Of a stretch of 26,263 bases of DNA, positions 1 to 13,251 are shown one piece after another (the stretch's first letter is position 1; each line of letters begins with the position of its first letter). Below the pieces are notes generated by a model. The model searched no databases, was not told the origin of the DNA, and saw nothing but the letters and a program-made list of their open reading frames with translations. The position numbers and the translations under genes were made by a program. The DNA comes from Gallionellaceae bacterium. Lineage in GTDB: Bacteria; Pseudomonadota; Gammaproteobacteria; Burkholderiales; Gallionellaceae. The stretch covers positions 1 to 26,263 of the forward strand of contig JAUYFR010000300.1 in the NCBI GenBank assembly GCA_030690855.1, written 5' to 3'.

Positions 1-760
1 AGAAACCGCTCTTCATTAATTCAATGGTAAGTGCCTTATAGTCTGCGGCACCAGGAGTATGTGGTCCGTAAGCAAAAATATCTAAACCGTGCATAGGGCT
101 AGTTGCCAATGCCACGTTTTCACCAATGCGAGTATTGCAAACCTGTGAACCGTAGCGGTCTTTTAGTTTGTCGAAGATGTCATAAGAAAGTTTGCGGCGC
201 GAATCAAAGCGTGTAATTACTATCCTGCGTTCGAACTTTCGCTGTAGCTTTTTCTCCAACACATTGAGCGCAGCCTCTAAACGATGTACGCCCTGTTGTG
301 ACAAAAAGTCTGCCGAAACAGGAATCAAAACACGATCAGCAGCAAGTAACGCATTAAGTGTAAGCACGCCCAACATCGGACAACAGTCAATTAAAATTGG
401 AGCGCCGGTGAGCGCCAGCTCTTCTTCCAGCCCTTGTTTCAACAGCTTCGCCGCATTTGGGTCACTTCCATAGGTGGCGTCTATTTTCGACAGTTCAATT
501 GAAGAAGGGATAAGCTGCCATCCTGCTGGTGTTTCATGAAGTAAGTTCGCTAAGGGTACTTTATCTTTGAAAAAAGTGGCCATGTTGCGCTCTTGCGCAC
601 GGGCGTCTTTTAAACCGGAGGCAATGCTCAATGAACCTTGTGGGTCCATGTCTAAGGCGATAGGGTGCTTTTGGGCAATGGCTAACCCGGCAACAATATT
701 CAAAGTAGAAGTTGTTTTTCCTACTCCGCCTTTTTGATTAAATACGGCGATGACCGCCAT
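1..760 (-). CDS. Orphan ParA/Soj-family ATPase (3' end runs off the window; not in the ORF track)
   Basis: Hand translation from ATG at 760 is open for 253 codons to the edge: MAVIAVFNQKGGVGKTTSTLN (deviant Walker A), DMDPQGS, LIDCCP (Walker B), LNALLAADRVLIPV. GGAGA RBS just upstream. Confidence 0.9.
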   Translation of the reverse strand, partial: MAVIAVFNQKGGVGKTTSTLNIVAGLAIAQKHPIALDMDPQGSLSIASGLKDARAQERNMATFFKDKVPLANLLHETPAGWQLIPSSIELSKIDATYGSDPNAAKLLKQGLEEELALTGAPILIDCCPMLGVLTLNALLAADRVLIPVSADFLSQQGVHRLEAALNVLEKKLQRKFERRIVITRFDSRRKLSYDIFDKLKDRYGSQVCNTRIGENVALATSPMHGLDIFAYGPHTPGAADYKALTIELMKSGF

Positions 761-769
761 ACGATTTCT

Positions 770-840
770 CCACGTTATGGCAACGACACTTTCTAAGCCA
801 ATTATTCAACCGTGACAGACTTGGCTAAGTTTCTTGGTTT
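770..840 (-). other. attTn7-type site at the glmS 3' end, apparently unoccupied
   Basis: glmS ends in the conserved [11 protein letters not shown], the TnsD-binding region. The 41-bp spacer (761-801) shows no Tn7 end. Confidence 0.55.
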
Positions 841-2628
841 ATCGACGTCAGTTCCCTTTTGCAATGCTACGTAATATGCCAGCAATTGCAGCGGTATCGT
901 GTGCAGAATAGGGCTTAAAAAACCTGCGTGTTCGGGCATTTGCATCACGTGCACACCTTCGCTCGAGTGAATTTTGGTTTCTGAGTCTGCAAATACATAG
1001 AGTTGGCCGCCGCGAGCTTTAACTTCTTGCAGATTTGATTTGAGCTTTTCCAGCAAAATGTCATTAGGTGCAACCGCAACCACCGGCATATCGCTATCCA
1101 CCAACGCAAGCGGCCCATGTTTAAGCTCACCCGCAGGATAAGCCTCTGCGTGAATATAGGAAATTTCTTTAAGTTTAAGTGCGCCCTCGAGTGCAATCGG
1201 ATAGTGCAGCCCTCTACCTAAAAACAAAGCATGATGCTTATCCGCAAAGTGTTTAGCCAATTCTGCAATTTCTGGTTCGGCTTTTAATACTGCCAGCACC
1301 GCACTCGGAAGGTGACGTAAATCATGTAGATGTGCCTGCTCTTGTTTAGCACTCAATCTGCCATTTTGTTTTGCTAATACCAGCGTAAGTAAAAACAATG
1401 CGGCCAATTGTGTCGTAAACGCCTTGGTCGATGCCACACCAATCTCTGGGCCTGCCCTAGTTAAAAAGCGTAATTTTGATTGGCGAATAATCGCACTCTC
1501 TGGCACGTTACAAATCGCCAATGTGTGTTTATGTCCAATAGACTTCGCATGGTTAAGCGCGGCTAGGGTGTCTGCCGTTTCGCCAGATTGTGAAATCGTC
1601 ACAATCAACGTTTCTGGGTCTGCCACACTCACGCGATAGCGGTATTCACTGGCTATTTCTACGGCACACGGCACACCGGCAATTTCTTCTAACCAGTATT
1701 TAGCCACCATACCTGCGTGACTGCTGGTACCACAGGCCAAAATAAGAATACGGTTTATTTGAGCAAAGGAGTTGGCCGCTTCGGCCCCAAAAATGCCTGG
1801 AACTAAGCTTTGGCTGTTACATACTGACTCAAGAGTATCTGCCAAGGCCTGCGGTTGTTCATGAATTTCTTTTTGCATGTAGTGTTGATATTCACCTAAC
1901 TCTACACTTTCATTATTCAATTCACTGATGTTAACTGGGCGCTCAATCGCGCCCCCTTTTGCGTCATAAATTTTGTAACCAACCAACGCCAACGCTACGA
2001 CGTCACCTTCTTCTAGGTAAACAACTTTTTGCGTTACTTGCAATAAGGCCGACATATCTGAAGCGATGAAGTACTCACCTTCACCTACCCCCAATAACAA
2101 TGGACTCCCTTTGCGGGCGCCAATCAATTGATCTGGGTTGTCTGCCGCAATAACACCAATCGCATAAGCGCCAACTAACTCGGCTAATGCGCTCTGCGTT
2201 GATTTCAACAGGTCTTTATTTTTTATATAGTATGAATGAATTAAGTGCGCGATTACTTCGGTATCGGTATCCGATGTAAAAATATAACCCTCGCCAGTTA
2301 ATTTGCTACGTAATTCTTCATAGTTTTCAATGATGCCATTGTGAACGACGGCAATTAGTTCGTTACTAGTATGGGGGTGAGCGTTACGCTCGCTTGGCAC
2401 ACCGTGTGTTGCCCAACGAGTGTGCGCAATGCCAATTGTGCCGTTTGTTTTTAGGCTTTTTTCGGCAAGTTCAGCCACGCGGCCAGTGCTACGTACTCGC
2501 TCCAATGATTTGTCGTTCACTACCACCAAGCCTGCGGAGTCGTAGCCACGGTATTCCAACCGAAGCAGTCCCTCTACCAGAATTGGAACAACATTTCTTT
2601 TAGCTACAGCACCGACGATTCCGCACAT
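802..2628 (-). CDS. glmS: Glutamine--fructose-6-phosphate aminotransferase
   Basis: N-terminal MCGIVG nucleophile, [25 protein letters not shown]-terminal [11 protein letters not shown]; 608 aa. Confidence 0.99.
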   Translation of the reverse strand: MCGIVGAVAKRNVVPILVEGLLRLEYRGYDSAGLVVVNDKSLERVRSTGRVAELAEKSLKTNGTIGIAHTRWATHGVPSERNAHPHTSNELIAVVHNGIIENYEELRSKLTGEGYIFTSDTDTEVIAHLIHSYYIKNKDLLKSTQSALAELVGAYAIGVIAADNPDQLIGARKGSPLLLGVGEGEYFIASDMSALLQVTQKVVYLEEGDVVALALVGYKIYDAKGGAIERPVNISELNNESVELGEYQHYMQKEIHEQPQALADTLESVCNSQSLVPGIFGAEAANSFAQINRILILACGTSSHAGMVAKYWLEEIAGVPCAVEIASEYRYRVSVADPETLIVTISQSGETADTLAALNHAKSIGHKHTLAICNVPESAIIRQSKLRFLTRAGPEIGVASTKAFTTQLAALFLLTLVLAKQNGRLSAKQEQAHLHDLRHLPSAVLAVLKAEPEIAELAKHFADKHHALFLGRGLHYPIALEGALKLKEISYIHAEAYPAGELKHGPLALVDSDMPVVAVAPNDILLEKLKSNLQEVKARGGQLYVFADSETKIHSSEGVHVMQMPEHAGFLSPILHTIPLQLLAYYVALQKGTDVDKPRNLAKSVTVE

Positions 2629-2647
2629 AATTTTTTCGCTTATGAAA

Positions 2648-4015
2648 TTAGGTTATTTTTTTCTTAACGGGTCGCTTCCAACCCGTAATGCTGATTTGTT
2701 TTGAACGGGACAGGGTTAATTCCTCTGCCGGCGTATCTTTTGTAATCGTCGATCCGGCGCCAATCGTTGCACCTCGTCCAACTGTTACGGGGGCAATCAG
2801 TTGTGTATCTGAACCAATAAATGCATCGTCTTCAATTATCGTGCGGAACTTATTCGCGCCATCATAGTTACATGTGATGGTTCCTGCTCCAATGTTGACT
2901 CGTGCACCCACCGTGGCATCACCTATGTAACTCAAATGATTTGCTTTACTCTTATTTGAAATTTCGCTGTTTTTGATTTCAACAAAATTACCAATATGCA
3001 CTTCATTATGAAGCTTGCTGCCAGGCCTAATTCTTGCGTAAGGCCCAATGTGACAGGCCTCCCCGATTTCGCCCCCATCAATATGACTGTAGGGTGCGAT
3101 CTGCGTATCCGCAGCAATTGTCGAATTTTTAAGCACGCAATAGGCGCCCACCTTTACTCCGCGAGCTAGTTTTACAGCGCCCTCGAAAATACATCCAACA
3201 TCGATTTCTACATCTTGCTCACACTCTAAGTTTCCGCGAATATCAATTCTTGCAGGGTCTATAACCGTGACTCCCTTGCTCAGCAACTTGTTTGCTTGCT
3301 CCCGCTGCCACAGTCTTTCAAGCTCTGCCAGCTGTACTTTGCTATTTACCCCCATAACCTCCCATGGATGGTCTGGCTGTGTTGATCTTATTTCCACTTT
3401 TTGGGCTACTGCCATCGCTACTATGTCAGTAAGGTAATACTCCCCCTGAGAGTTGTTGTTTTGCAATTTCGAGAGCCAATTACGCAACATTGCTGTTGGT
3501 GCTGACAAAATACCCGTATTAATTTCATTGATTTCTCGCTGTTGAGGAGTGGCATCTTTTTCCTCTACGATACTGATAATTTTGCTTGTTAAATCTCGCA
3601 CAATTCTGCCGTAACCTTTAGGCTCGTCCAAATACTGAGTAAGTAAATTTAAAGAGTTTTCAACCTCCAGCAATCGCAGTAACGTATCTGCTTGGATGAG
3701 CGGCACATCACCATATAACACTAACGTTGTGCCGTCTGTACCCAATAGTGGCAGCGCTTGCTGTACTGCATGGCCGGTACCTAATTGTGGTTCTTGTAGT
3801 ACAAATTTGGTATTTGATTTCGTTACCGCGTTAGGTACGGACTCTCCGCCATGACCATAAACGACGATCGTCTTGCACGCATTAATTTTCTTAGCCGTAT
3901 CAAGTAAATGTTGCAACATCGCTTTGCCAGCTAGTTCATGCAGAACCTTTGGTTTTGCCGAATACATTCTGATGCCCTTGCCTGCAGCAAGAATTACAAT
4001 ATTCAAATTAGTCAT
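2648..4015 (-). CDS. glmU: Bifunctional UDP-GlcNAc pyrophosphorylase / GlcN-1-P acetyltransferase
   Basis: [23 protein letters not shown], hexapeptide-repeat region, NYDGANK; 455 aa; located between atpC and glmS. Confidence 0.99.
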   Translation of the reverse strand: MTNLNIVILAAGKGIRMYSAKPKVLHELAGKAMLQHLLDTAKKINACKTIVVYGHGGESVPNAVTKSNTKFVLQEPQLGTGHAVQQALPLLGTDGTTLVLYGDVPLIQADTLLRLLEVENSLNLLTQYLDEPKGYGRIVRDLTSKIISIVEEKDATPQQREINEINTGILSAPTAMLRNWLSKLQNNNSQGEYYLTDIVAMAVAQKVEIRSTQPDHPWEVMGVNSKVQLAELERLWQREQANKLLSKGVTVIDPARIDIRGNLECEQDVEIDVGCIFEGAVKLARGVKVGAYCVLKNSTIAADTQIAPYSHIDGGEIGEACHIGPYARIRPGSKLHNEVHIGNFVEIKNSEISNKSKANHLSYIGDATVGARVNIGAGTITCNYDGANKFRTIIEDDAFIGSDTQLIAPVTVGRGATIGAGSTITKDTPAEELTLSRSKQISITGWKRPVKKKIT

Positions 4016-4051
4016 ACTAAGTTTTGGCGTTATGATTAGTTAAGTATAAAC

Positions 4052-4075
4052 AAAAAAAACGGCATCAGCCGTTTT
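4052..4075 (-). terminator. Rho-independent terminator of the atp operon
   Basis: Minus strand reads AAAACGGC-TGAT-GCCGTTTT followed by TTTT (8 T in total), starting ~30 bp after the atpC stop. Confidence 0.85.
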
Positions 4076-4103
4076 CCTTGTGATGCTTTTAACAGCAATC
4101 AAT

Positions 4104-4532
4104 TTAGTGCGTGTTACCTTTGCGCAACCGTGAAATTGTCTGCAATTGTGCCATCGCTTCTGCCAATTCAGCCTGAGCTGCCGCATAATCAATGTCTGAA
4201 GTGCGATTCTTCATGGCCTCTTCAGCTGCTCGCTTAGATTCCAACGCCCGCGCTTCATCTAGATCAGCACCACGAATCGCAGTGTCAGCCAAGATTGTCA
4301 CTACATTCGGCTGCACTTCCAGCATCCCGCCAGATACGTAAATCATTGTATCCTCAGAGCTTTCTGGAGTTTTAAGACGAACGGCGCCAGGCTTGATGCG
4401 TGTTAACAACGGAGCATGGCGAGGATAAATACCCAACTCGCCTGCTTCGCCTGGAACAATCACAATCTCTGCTAATCCTGAGAAAATGGATTCTTCAGCA
4501 CTTACCACATCGACATGTACTGTCATTGCCAT
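4104..4532 (-). CDS. atpC: F1 ATP synthase epsilon subunit
   Basis: [37 protein letters not shown]; operon position. Confidence 0.98.
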   Translation of the reverse strand: MAMTVHVDVVSAEESIFSGLAEIVIVPGEAGELGIYPRHAPLLTRIKPGAVRLKTPESSEDTMIYVSGGMLEVQPNVVTILADTAIRGADLDEARALESKRAAEEAMKNRTSDIDYAAAQAELAEAMAQLQTISRLRKGNTH

Positions 4533-4544
4533 TTTGGTTTACCT

Positions 4545-5987
<1,443 letters not shown>

Positions 5988-6001
5988 TCAAAGCCGGCTC
6001 A

Positions 6002-6871
6002 TTAGTTAACCGCTGCTGCACCACCAACAATTTCCGAAATTTCTTTCGTGATGGCCGCTTGTCGCGCTTTGTTGTAAACCAGCTTAAGCTCACCGATAAC
6101 CGTTTTCGCATTATCTGAAGCGGCTTTCATTGCAACCATACGAGAACTTTGCTCTGACGCTTGATTTTCAGTCACTGCTGAATAAACTAGCGACTCGATA
6201 TAGCGCAATAGCAATTCATCAACCACCACTTTTGCATCTGGCTCGTAAATGTAATCCCACTGGCCATCACGACGATCTTCGGCAACATCACCTGACAATG
6301 GTAACAGCTGCTCAAATGTTGCCTCTTGCTTCATCGAATTTACGAAATGATTATAAGAAATGTAGATCGCATCCACTTCTCCCGCCACATACGCATCCAG
6401 CATTACCTTTACTGCACCAATCAGATTTTCAACGTGCGGCGTATCGCCTAAACCAACAAGATGTGACTGAATTTTTGCACCAATACGATTCATAAAGCTA
6501 AAGCCTTTATTACCGATCGGCGTAACTCGAAGCCCCGTTCCCGCGACATCAAATTCCTTCATTTTATTTGTTACAAGTCTTAGCACGTTGGTATTCAAAC
6601 CACCGCACAAGCCCTTATCTGAAGTAATTACAATGATGCCAACGTTCTTTACCTGCTCACGCTTAACCAAGAATGGATGTTTATATTCTGGATTAGCATG
6701 TGCCAAATGCGCGGCAACTTGTCTGATTTTTTCAGCATACGGCCGAGCAGCCCGCATACGCTCTTGCGCACGACGCATCTTTGCTGCTGCAACCATTTCC
6801 ATCGCGCGCGTAATTTTTCGCGTATTTTCTACGCTTTTAATTTTGGTGCGTATCTCTTTGCTACCAGCCAT
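6002..6871 (-). CDS. atpG: F1 ATP synthase gamma subunit
   Basis: [38 protein letters not shown]. Confidence 0.99.
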   Translation of the reverse strand: MAGSKEIRTKIKSVENTRKITRAMEMVAAAKMRRAQERMRAARPYAEKIRQVAAHLAHANPEYKHPFLVKREQVKNVGIIVITSDKGLCGGLNTNVLRLVTNKMKEFDVAGTGLRVTPIGNKGFSFMNRIGAKIQSHLVGLGDTPHVENLIGAVKVMLDAYVAGEVDAIYISYNHFVNSMKQEATFEQLLPLSGDVAEDRRDGQWDYIYEPDAKVVVDELLLRYIESLVYSAVTENQASEQSSRMVAMKAASDNAKTVIGELKLVYNKARQAAITKEISEIVGGAAAVN

Positions 6872-6885
6872 GATTAGACTCTCGC

Positions 6886-8427
6886 TTAGTAAACTGCTGT
6901 TGACTTAAAGTTCTCAATTGCCGCAGTCAATGTTTTTTCATTGTCAGCGTTAAGATCTTTACTTGTCTCGATCGCGTCCATCAGATCTTTATGCTTTGAC
7001 TTCAAGAACGCATGCAACGCACCCTCAAATGCCAGGGCCTTTTTAACCTCAACATCATCGAAGAAACCCTTGTTCACACAGAACAGCGTCACACCCATTT
7101 CTGCAACAGAAAGCGGAGCATACTGAAGTTGTTTCATCAATTCAGTCACCAAGCGCCCACGCTCTAACTGCTTACGTGTAACTTCGTCCAGGTCTGAAGC
7201 AAATTGCGCAAAAGCAGCCAATTCACGATATTGAGCCAGCGCCAAACGCACGCCACCACCAAGCTTCTTAATAATCTTAGTTTGAGCCGCGCCCCCCACT
7301 CGAGACACCGAAATACCGGCGTTAATCGCGGGACGAATACCTGCGTTAAACAAGTCGGTTTCCAAGAAGATCTGGCCGTCTGTAATCGAGATAACGTTGG
7401 TTGGAACGAAAGCTGAAACGTCGCCAGCCGCAGTTTCAATAATTGGCAACGCGGTCAATGAACCCGTCTTGCCCTTTACCTCACCCTTAGTGAACGCCTC
7501 TACATAGTCAGCATTTACGCGAGATGCGCGCTCAAGCAAACGAGAGTGTAGGTAGAACACATCGCCTGGGTAAGCTTCACGACCCGGCGGACGACGAAGC
7601 AATAGTGAAATTTGACGATACGCCCAAGCCTGCTTAGTCAAGTCATCATAAACGATCAGCGCATCTTCACCGCGGTCGCGGAAATATTCACCCATCGTGC
7701 AACCCGCGTAGGGCGCCAAGAACTGCATTGCTGCAGAATCAGAAGCAGTAGCAGCTACAACAATGGTATAGCCCATTGCACCATGCTCTTCTAGTTTGCG
7801 AACAACGTTTGCAATGGTTGAAGCCTTTTGACCAATCGCCACATAAACACAGGTCATATTCTGACCCTTTTGGTTTATGATCGCATCTACCGCTACCGCA
7901 GTTTTACCTGTTTGACGGTCACCAATGATCAATTCGCGCTGACCACGGCCAACAGGAACCATAGAGTCAATTGACTTCAAACCTGTTTGCACAGGCTGAT
8001 CAACTGATTTACGGGCGATAACACCCGGCGCCACTTTTTCAACTTTATCGGTCATCTTTGCGTTAATTGGACCTTTGCCATCGATTGGCTGACCCAACGC
8101 ATTTACCACACGGCCGCGCAACTCTGGGCCTACCGGCACTTCCAGAATTTTGCCTGTGCATTTAACCGTGTTGCCCTCTGAGATGTGCTCGTATTCACCA
8201 AGAATAACCGCGCCCACCGAGTCTCTCTCTAAGTTCAATGCCAAGCCGAACGTGTTGCCAGGGAATTCCAGCATCTCACCTTGCATAACGTCTGACAAGC
8301 CATGAATACGAACGATACCGTCAGTCACGCTGACAACAGTCCCTTCCGTTCTAGCTTCTGTCAAAGCTTCAAAGTTTTCAATACGACTACGAATCAAATT
8401 ACTAATTTCAGAAGGGTTGAGCTTCAT
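6886..8427 (-). CDS. atpA: F1 ATP synthase alpha subunit
   Basis: [32 protein letters not shown]; 513 aa. Confidence 0.99.
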   Translation of the reverse strand: MKLNPSEISNLIRSRIENFEALTEARTEGTVVSVTDGIVRIHGLSDVMQGEMLEFPGNTFGLALNLERDSVGAVILGEYEHISEGNTVKCTGKILEVPVGPELRGRVVNALGQPIDGKGPINAKMTDKVEKVAPGVIARKSVDQPVQTGLKSIDSMVPVGRGQRELIIGDRQTGKTAVAVDAIINQKGQNMTCVYVAIGQKASTIANVVRKLEEHGAMGYTIVVAATASDSAAMQFLAPYAGCTMGEYFRDRGEDALIVYDDLTKQAWAYRQISLLLRRPPGREAYPGDVFYLHSRLLERASRVNADYVEAFTKGEVKGKTGSLTALPIIETAAGDVSAFVPTNVISITDGQIFLETDLFNAGIRPAINAGISVSRVGGAAQTKIIKKLGGGVRLALAQYRELAAFAQFASDLDEVTRKQLERGRLVTELMKQLQYAPLSVAEMGVTLFCVNKGFFDDVEVKKALAFEGALHAFLKSKHKDLMDAIETSKDLNADNEKTLTAAIENFKSTAVY

Positions 8428-8458
8428 CTGACTTTTCCTTATTTCGATAATTCGGTGA

Positions 8459-8992
8459 TTAGGCTAATGCTACGGCCAGTTCGGATAAACGAGTTCGTGC
8501 TGATCCGTCTATTACCTTGTCTCCAGCTCGAATAATAATCCCACCCAGCAATTCACGATTAGTTTCGCAGGTGAGCTTTATTTCGCGGCCCATTTTTGTT
8601 TTCATTGACGCTGATACTTTTTGCTTCTGGGCATCTGTCAGATCATAAGCAGAGGTTACAACAACATCCAAACTTTTTTCTGCCTCTGCACGCAACACTT
8701 CGAATAGCGCATAAATTTCCGGCAACACTAGCAATCGATTGTTTTCAACTAGTATTTTGATAAAGTTTTTAGCCATTTGGCCAGCCTTATCCGCCGATAA
8801 CGCTAGCATTAAGCCAGACAGTTGTTCTGTTTTTACCTTCGGACTACGAATGACAGATTGCATATCAGGATTCGCAACCGCAGCCGTAGCCGCGCTTAAC
8901 ATTTCTGACCACGCCTTCAGTTCGCCCAACTTTTGGGCTTCATCAAAGGCTGCCTGAGCATAGGGACGCGCGGCTGTTATGGCTTGTGACAT
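8459..8992 (-). CDS. atpH: F1 ATP synthase delta subunit
   Basis: [31 protein letters not shown]. Confidence 0.98.
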   Translation of the reverse strand: MSQAITAARPYAQAAFDEAQKLGELKAWSEMLSAATAAVANPDMQSVIRSPKVKTEQLSGLMLALSADKAGQMAKNFIKILVENNRLLVLPEIYALFEVLRAEAEKSLDVVVTSAYDLTDAQKQKVSASMKTKMGREIKLTCETNRELLGGIIIRAGDKVIDGSARTRLSELAVALA

Positions 8993-8997
8993 AGCGA

Positions 8998-9468
8998 TTA
9001 GATTTCCGCAACAAGTTTATCAAGCAAGTCGTTGTGTGCTTTTGCATCAATTTCACGACCCAAAATTTTGCCCGCGCCAGCCAGCGCGATAGCAGAAACC
9101 TGCGTACGCAACTGTTCTTTTGCACGGAACACCTCTTGATCAATCTCAGCTTTTGCCCCAGCAATAATACGATCACCTTCTGCTTTGGCATTAGCTTTTG
9201 CTTCTTCAATGATTTCGCTAGCGCGCTTATCTCCCGCAGTAATTATTTCACCCGCCTTTTCTTTGGCCTGATGAATAATTTCTGCGGAACGCTTTGCTGC
9301 TAAATCAAGATCATGTTTACCACGCTCTGCTGCGGCCAAGCCATCAGCAATCGTTTTTGCACGCTCTTCCATTGCTTGTAGCAATGGAGGCCACACAAAC
9401 TTCATGGTAAACCAGATAAGGATGGCAAATGTAATTGCCTGTCCCAGTAAGGTTGCGTTGATATTCAC
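8998..9468 (-). CDS. atpF: F0 ATP synthase subunit b
   Basis: GTG start; [16 protein letters not shown] transmembrane segment, KFVWPP, then a long Ala/Glu/Lys helix. Confidence 0.98.
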   Translation of the reverse strand: MNINATLLGQAITFAILIWFTMKFVWPPLLQAMEERAKTIADGLAAAERGKHDLDLAAKRSAEIIHQAKEKAGEIITAGDKRASEIIEEAKANAKAEGDRIIAGAKAEIDQEVFRAKEQLRTQVSAIALAGAGKILGREIDAKAHNDLLDKLVAEI

Positions 9469-9503
9469 GACAGCCCCTTTCAGTCAATAACGATTATGGA
9501 CAA

Positions 9504-9788
<285 letters not shown>

Positions 9789-9808
9789 TTAAATTAATAA
9801 AGCGAAAC

Positions 9809-10588
<780 letters not shown>

Positions 10589-10963
10589 TCACACAAAAAT
10601 TAGTGCTGCCCAATAGACCGCCAATGTCGCAATATATGTCGCAAACAGCGGTAGCGCGTGTACCTCTTTGTACTGCGTAAATACCAATGAGAACAACAGA
10701 ATGGTGAAAGCCAACTTATACGCTTCGGCGCTGTAATGCGACCTTATTATTGTTTTTAAGTCCGATCCTTTTGGAGCAAACATTTTTTTTGCGTAAACCA
10801 AGCTAGTCAAAAAACCAACTGCCCCTCCCGCAAAAGCCGATATAGCCGAACCCGCGTTCGTTGTAATTAGCACTATTAGGCTTATTACAACAGTTACGCT
10901 TATTTGCGTAAGCACGATCCAGATTACCGCTTTTTTACTTGCAAAATCTTTGAAGCTGTACAT
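10589..10963 (-). CDS. atpI: ATP synthase protein I (start uncertain: TTG 10972, ATG 10963 or GTG 10915)
   Basis: Four hydrophobic segments, AEAYKL motif, located immediately upstream of atpB. Confidence 0.85.
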   Translation of the reverse strand: MYSFKDFASKKAVIWIVLTQISVTVVISLIVLITTNAGSAISAFAGGAVGFLTSLVYAKKMFAPKGSDLKTIIRSHYSAEAYKLAFTILLFSLVFTQYKEVHALPLFATYIATLAVYWAALIFV

Positions 10964-10991
10964 TCTACTCAAGCCCGCTTATTTACGTCAA
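10962..10991 (-). promoter_or_regulatory. Putative sigma70 promoter of the atp operon
   Basis: TTGACG (10991-10986), 18-bp spacer, TAGAAT (10967-10962), directly after the parB stop. Confidence 0.6.
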
Positions 10992-10995
10992 TGGT

Positions 10996-11838
10996 TTATT
11001 TTAAGCGCGCAATAATCTCTTCAAGGTGATCGTTGCTTGTATATTCAATTATCAGCTTACCCTTACCTTGCTTGCCAACCTTGATTTGAACCGCCGTGCC
11101 CACTGCCTGCGACAGCTCTTCTTGCAGATTCAAGATGTCTCGACTTACTTCTGCCTTTCCCGACTTTGCTTTCGGATTTAGCATCGCTTGCACTAGCTTT
11201 TCAGCATCTCTTACCGTTAAGTTATCCGCAATAATTTTATTAGCAGCAGAAATTAGCTGCGCAGCATCCAACGGCAGCAAAGCTCTTGCATGGCCCATAT
11301 CTAACTTGCCATCCATTAACATGCCTTGAACCAGTTCTGGCAGTTTCAGCAAACGCAATAAATTACTTGCCGCACTGCGTGAACGGCCTACCGCATCAGC
11401 TGCTGTTTGATGCGTCATTTGAAACTCATCAATTAAGCGCTGAATACCCACGGCTTCTTCCAGTGGATTTAAGTCTTCGCGTTGAATATTTTCGATCAGC
11501 GCCATCGCTAGCGCAGCGTTATCTGGGACTTTCCTTACCAAAACAGTAACTTGCGTCAGCCCCGCCAGTTGTGCGGCCCGCCAACGGCGCTCTCCTGCAA
11601 TAATTTCGTAGCCACCGTTTACTAGTTCGCGAACCAAAATTGGTTGCATGATGCCTTGTGCTTTAATCGAGGCTGCAAGCTCGGCCAAGGACTCTTCATC
11701 CATTCGACTTCTAGGCTGGTATTTACCTGGAACAATCTGGTCAACTTTTAATTCTTTCAGTGCATCATTACCCTGATCTTTACTACCCGCCAATAGTGCA
11801 TCTAATCCGCGCCCCAGTCCTTTATTTAGTTTTACCAT
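10996..11838 (-). CDS. parB: Chromosome partitioning protein ParB/Spo0J
   Basis: LGRGLDALL N-terminus, GERRWRA CTP-binding motif, ENIQREDLNPLEEA, HTH GRSRSAASNLLRLL. Confidence 0.98.
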   Translation of the reverse strand: MVKLNKGLGRGLDALLAGSKDQGNDALKELKVDQIVPGKYQPRSRMDEESLAELAASIKAQGIMQPILVRELVNGGYEIIAGERRWRAAQLAGLTQVTVLVRKVPDNAALAMALIENIQREDLNPLEEAVGIQRLIDEFQMTHQTAADAVGRSRSAASNLLRLLKLPELVQGMLMDGKLDMGHARALLPLDAAQLISAANKIIADNLTVRDAEKLVQAMLNPKAKSGKAEVSRDILNLQEELSQAVGTAVQIKVGKQGKGKLIIEYTSNDHLEEIIARLK

Positions 11839-11851
11839 TTCTTTTCCTAAT

Positions 11852-12631
11852 TTATTTTGCTGTTAAACGCGAGGCGTTATTGAGTAACTCGCCGGCTAAC
11901 GCCAGATATGCCTGAGTTCCCTTTGATTGGCTATCATGATAGAGCGCTGGCAAACCATAACTTGGTGCCTCCGCTAACCGAACGTTTCTAGGAATAACGG
12001 TACGATAAACCTTGTCACCAAAGTGTTGCAGCAACTCGTCGGACACTTGTTGTGCAAGTGAATTGCGAGGGTCAAACATCGTACGCAACAGGCCTTCAAT
12101 TTCCAATTCGGGATTTAAATGCGTACGCACTTTACGTATGGTATTAACCAAATCGCTAAGACCTTCAAGTGCATAGTATTCGCATTGCATCGGGATCATC
12201 ACTGACCGAGCCGCGCATAGCCCATTAAGTGTTAGTAAATTTAATGATGGCGGACAATCAATCAACACATAATCATAGTCATCATAAACGACTTCTAGGG
12301 CCAGCTTTAAACGCATCTCGCGTCCATCAAGCTCCACCAATTCAATTTCTGCGCCTGCCAACTCTCTATTCGCTGGAAGTACATCATATTTTGCCCGTTC
12401 AGCAGTTATTCTTACTTCACGAATCACTTTTTGACCTAATAGCACATCATAAACCGTGGTTGCCAAATCAGCTTTGTCGATGCCGCTACCCATCGTAGCA
12501 TTACCTTGGGGGTCAAGATCAATCAGCAAAACTCTTTGTTTTGCTGCTGCTAAACTTGCTGCTAAATTGACAGTTGTTGTCGTTTTACCGACCCCGCCCT
12601 TTTGATTGGTTATCGCCAATATTTTGATCAT
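11852..12631 (-). CDS. parA: Chromosome partitioning ATPase ParA/Soj
   Basis: NQKGGVGKTTT, DLDPQGNAT, IDCPPSL, IPRNVRLAEAPS. Confidence 0.98.
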   Translation of the reverse strand: MIKILAITNQKGGVGKTTTTVNLAASLAAAKQRVLLIDLDPQGNATMGSGIDKADLATTVYDVLLGQKVIREVRITAERAKYDVLPANRELAGAEIELVELDGREMRLKLALEVVYDDYDYVLIDCPPSLNLLTLNGLCAARSVMIPMQCEYYALEGLSDLVNTIRKVRTHLNPELEIEGLLRTMFDPRNSLAQQVSDELLQHFGDKVYRTVIPRNVRLAEAPSYGLPALYHDSQSKGTQAYLALAGELLNNASRLTAK

Positions 12632-13251
12632 TTGTTTTCTCTCATTACCACTAAGCAGCGTGCCGCCTCTAATTTAGGTATTTGCAACACCACGTTTTGC
12701 TCAACTCTAATGTCATTCGGTAATCGCAATAGCTCTTGTTCAGGAGAACCTTTCATTGCTGCCCAGCCACCGCCCTCTTTTAATAAGTGCCGTGTTGAAA
12801 AAACAAAATCAGCGGCCTCAGTAAATGCACGGGAGGTAATGCCATCGAATTTATTCACAACATTAAACTCTTCGACACGCCCGCAGTACACTTCTACATT
12901 ATTTAAACCCAGCTCAATTACTGCCTGCTGAACAAAACTGGTTTTTTTACTATTGCTGTCCAACAGTGTAAATGACCACTCTGGCCGCACAATCGCTATT
13001 ACAAGGCCTGGCAAACCTGCTCCACACCCCACATCCAGCCACCGAGTTGGCCATAAATACTGCACAACCGCCAAACTATCCAGCAAATGATTGCTCACCA
13101 TTTGTTCTTGTTGCCGTATTGCCGTCAAATTATAGACTTTGTTCCACTTATGTAATAACACCAAATAATCCAAGAGTTTTTGCTGTTCTTCTGGGGTTAC
13201 CGCCAATCCAAGTTGTCCAATTCCGGTCGACAGGTCTTGAGTTAGCGTCAT
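12628..13251 (-). CDS. rsmG: 16S rRNA m7G527 methyltransferase (GidB)
   Basis: [32 protein letters not shown]; 4-bp overlaps with both neighbours. Confidence 0.98.
   Translation of the reverse strand: MTLTQDLSTGIGQLGLAVTPEEQQKLLDYLVLLHKWNKVYNLTAIRQQEQMVSNHLLDSLAVVQYLWPTRWLDVGCGAGLPGLVIAIVRPEWSFTLLDSNSKKTSFVQQAVIELGLNNVEVYCGRVEEFNVVNKFDGITSRAFTEAADFVFSTRHLLKEGGGWAAMKGSPEQELLRLPNDIRVEQNVVLQIPKLEAARCLVVMRENK

Noticed and set aside
192-473. 93-aa plus-strand ORF
   Set aside because: Antisense shadow of the orphan ParA gene, which has clear motifs on the minus strand.
761-801. Tn7 end remnant after glmS
   Set aside because: A TGT is present but is not followed by TnsB-site-like repeats; no 5-bp duplication and no tns genes.
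2629-2647. glmS ribozyme
   Set aside because: The glmU-glmS gap is 19 bp, far too short, and the ribozyme is typical of Gram-positive lineages.
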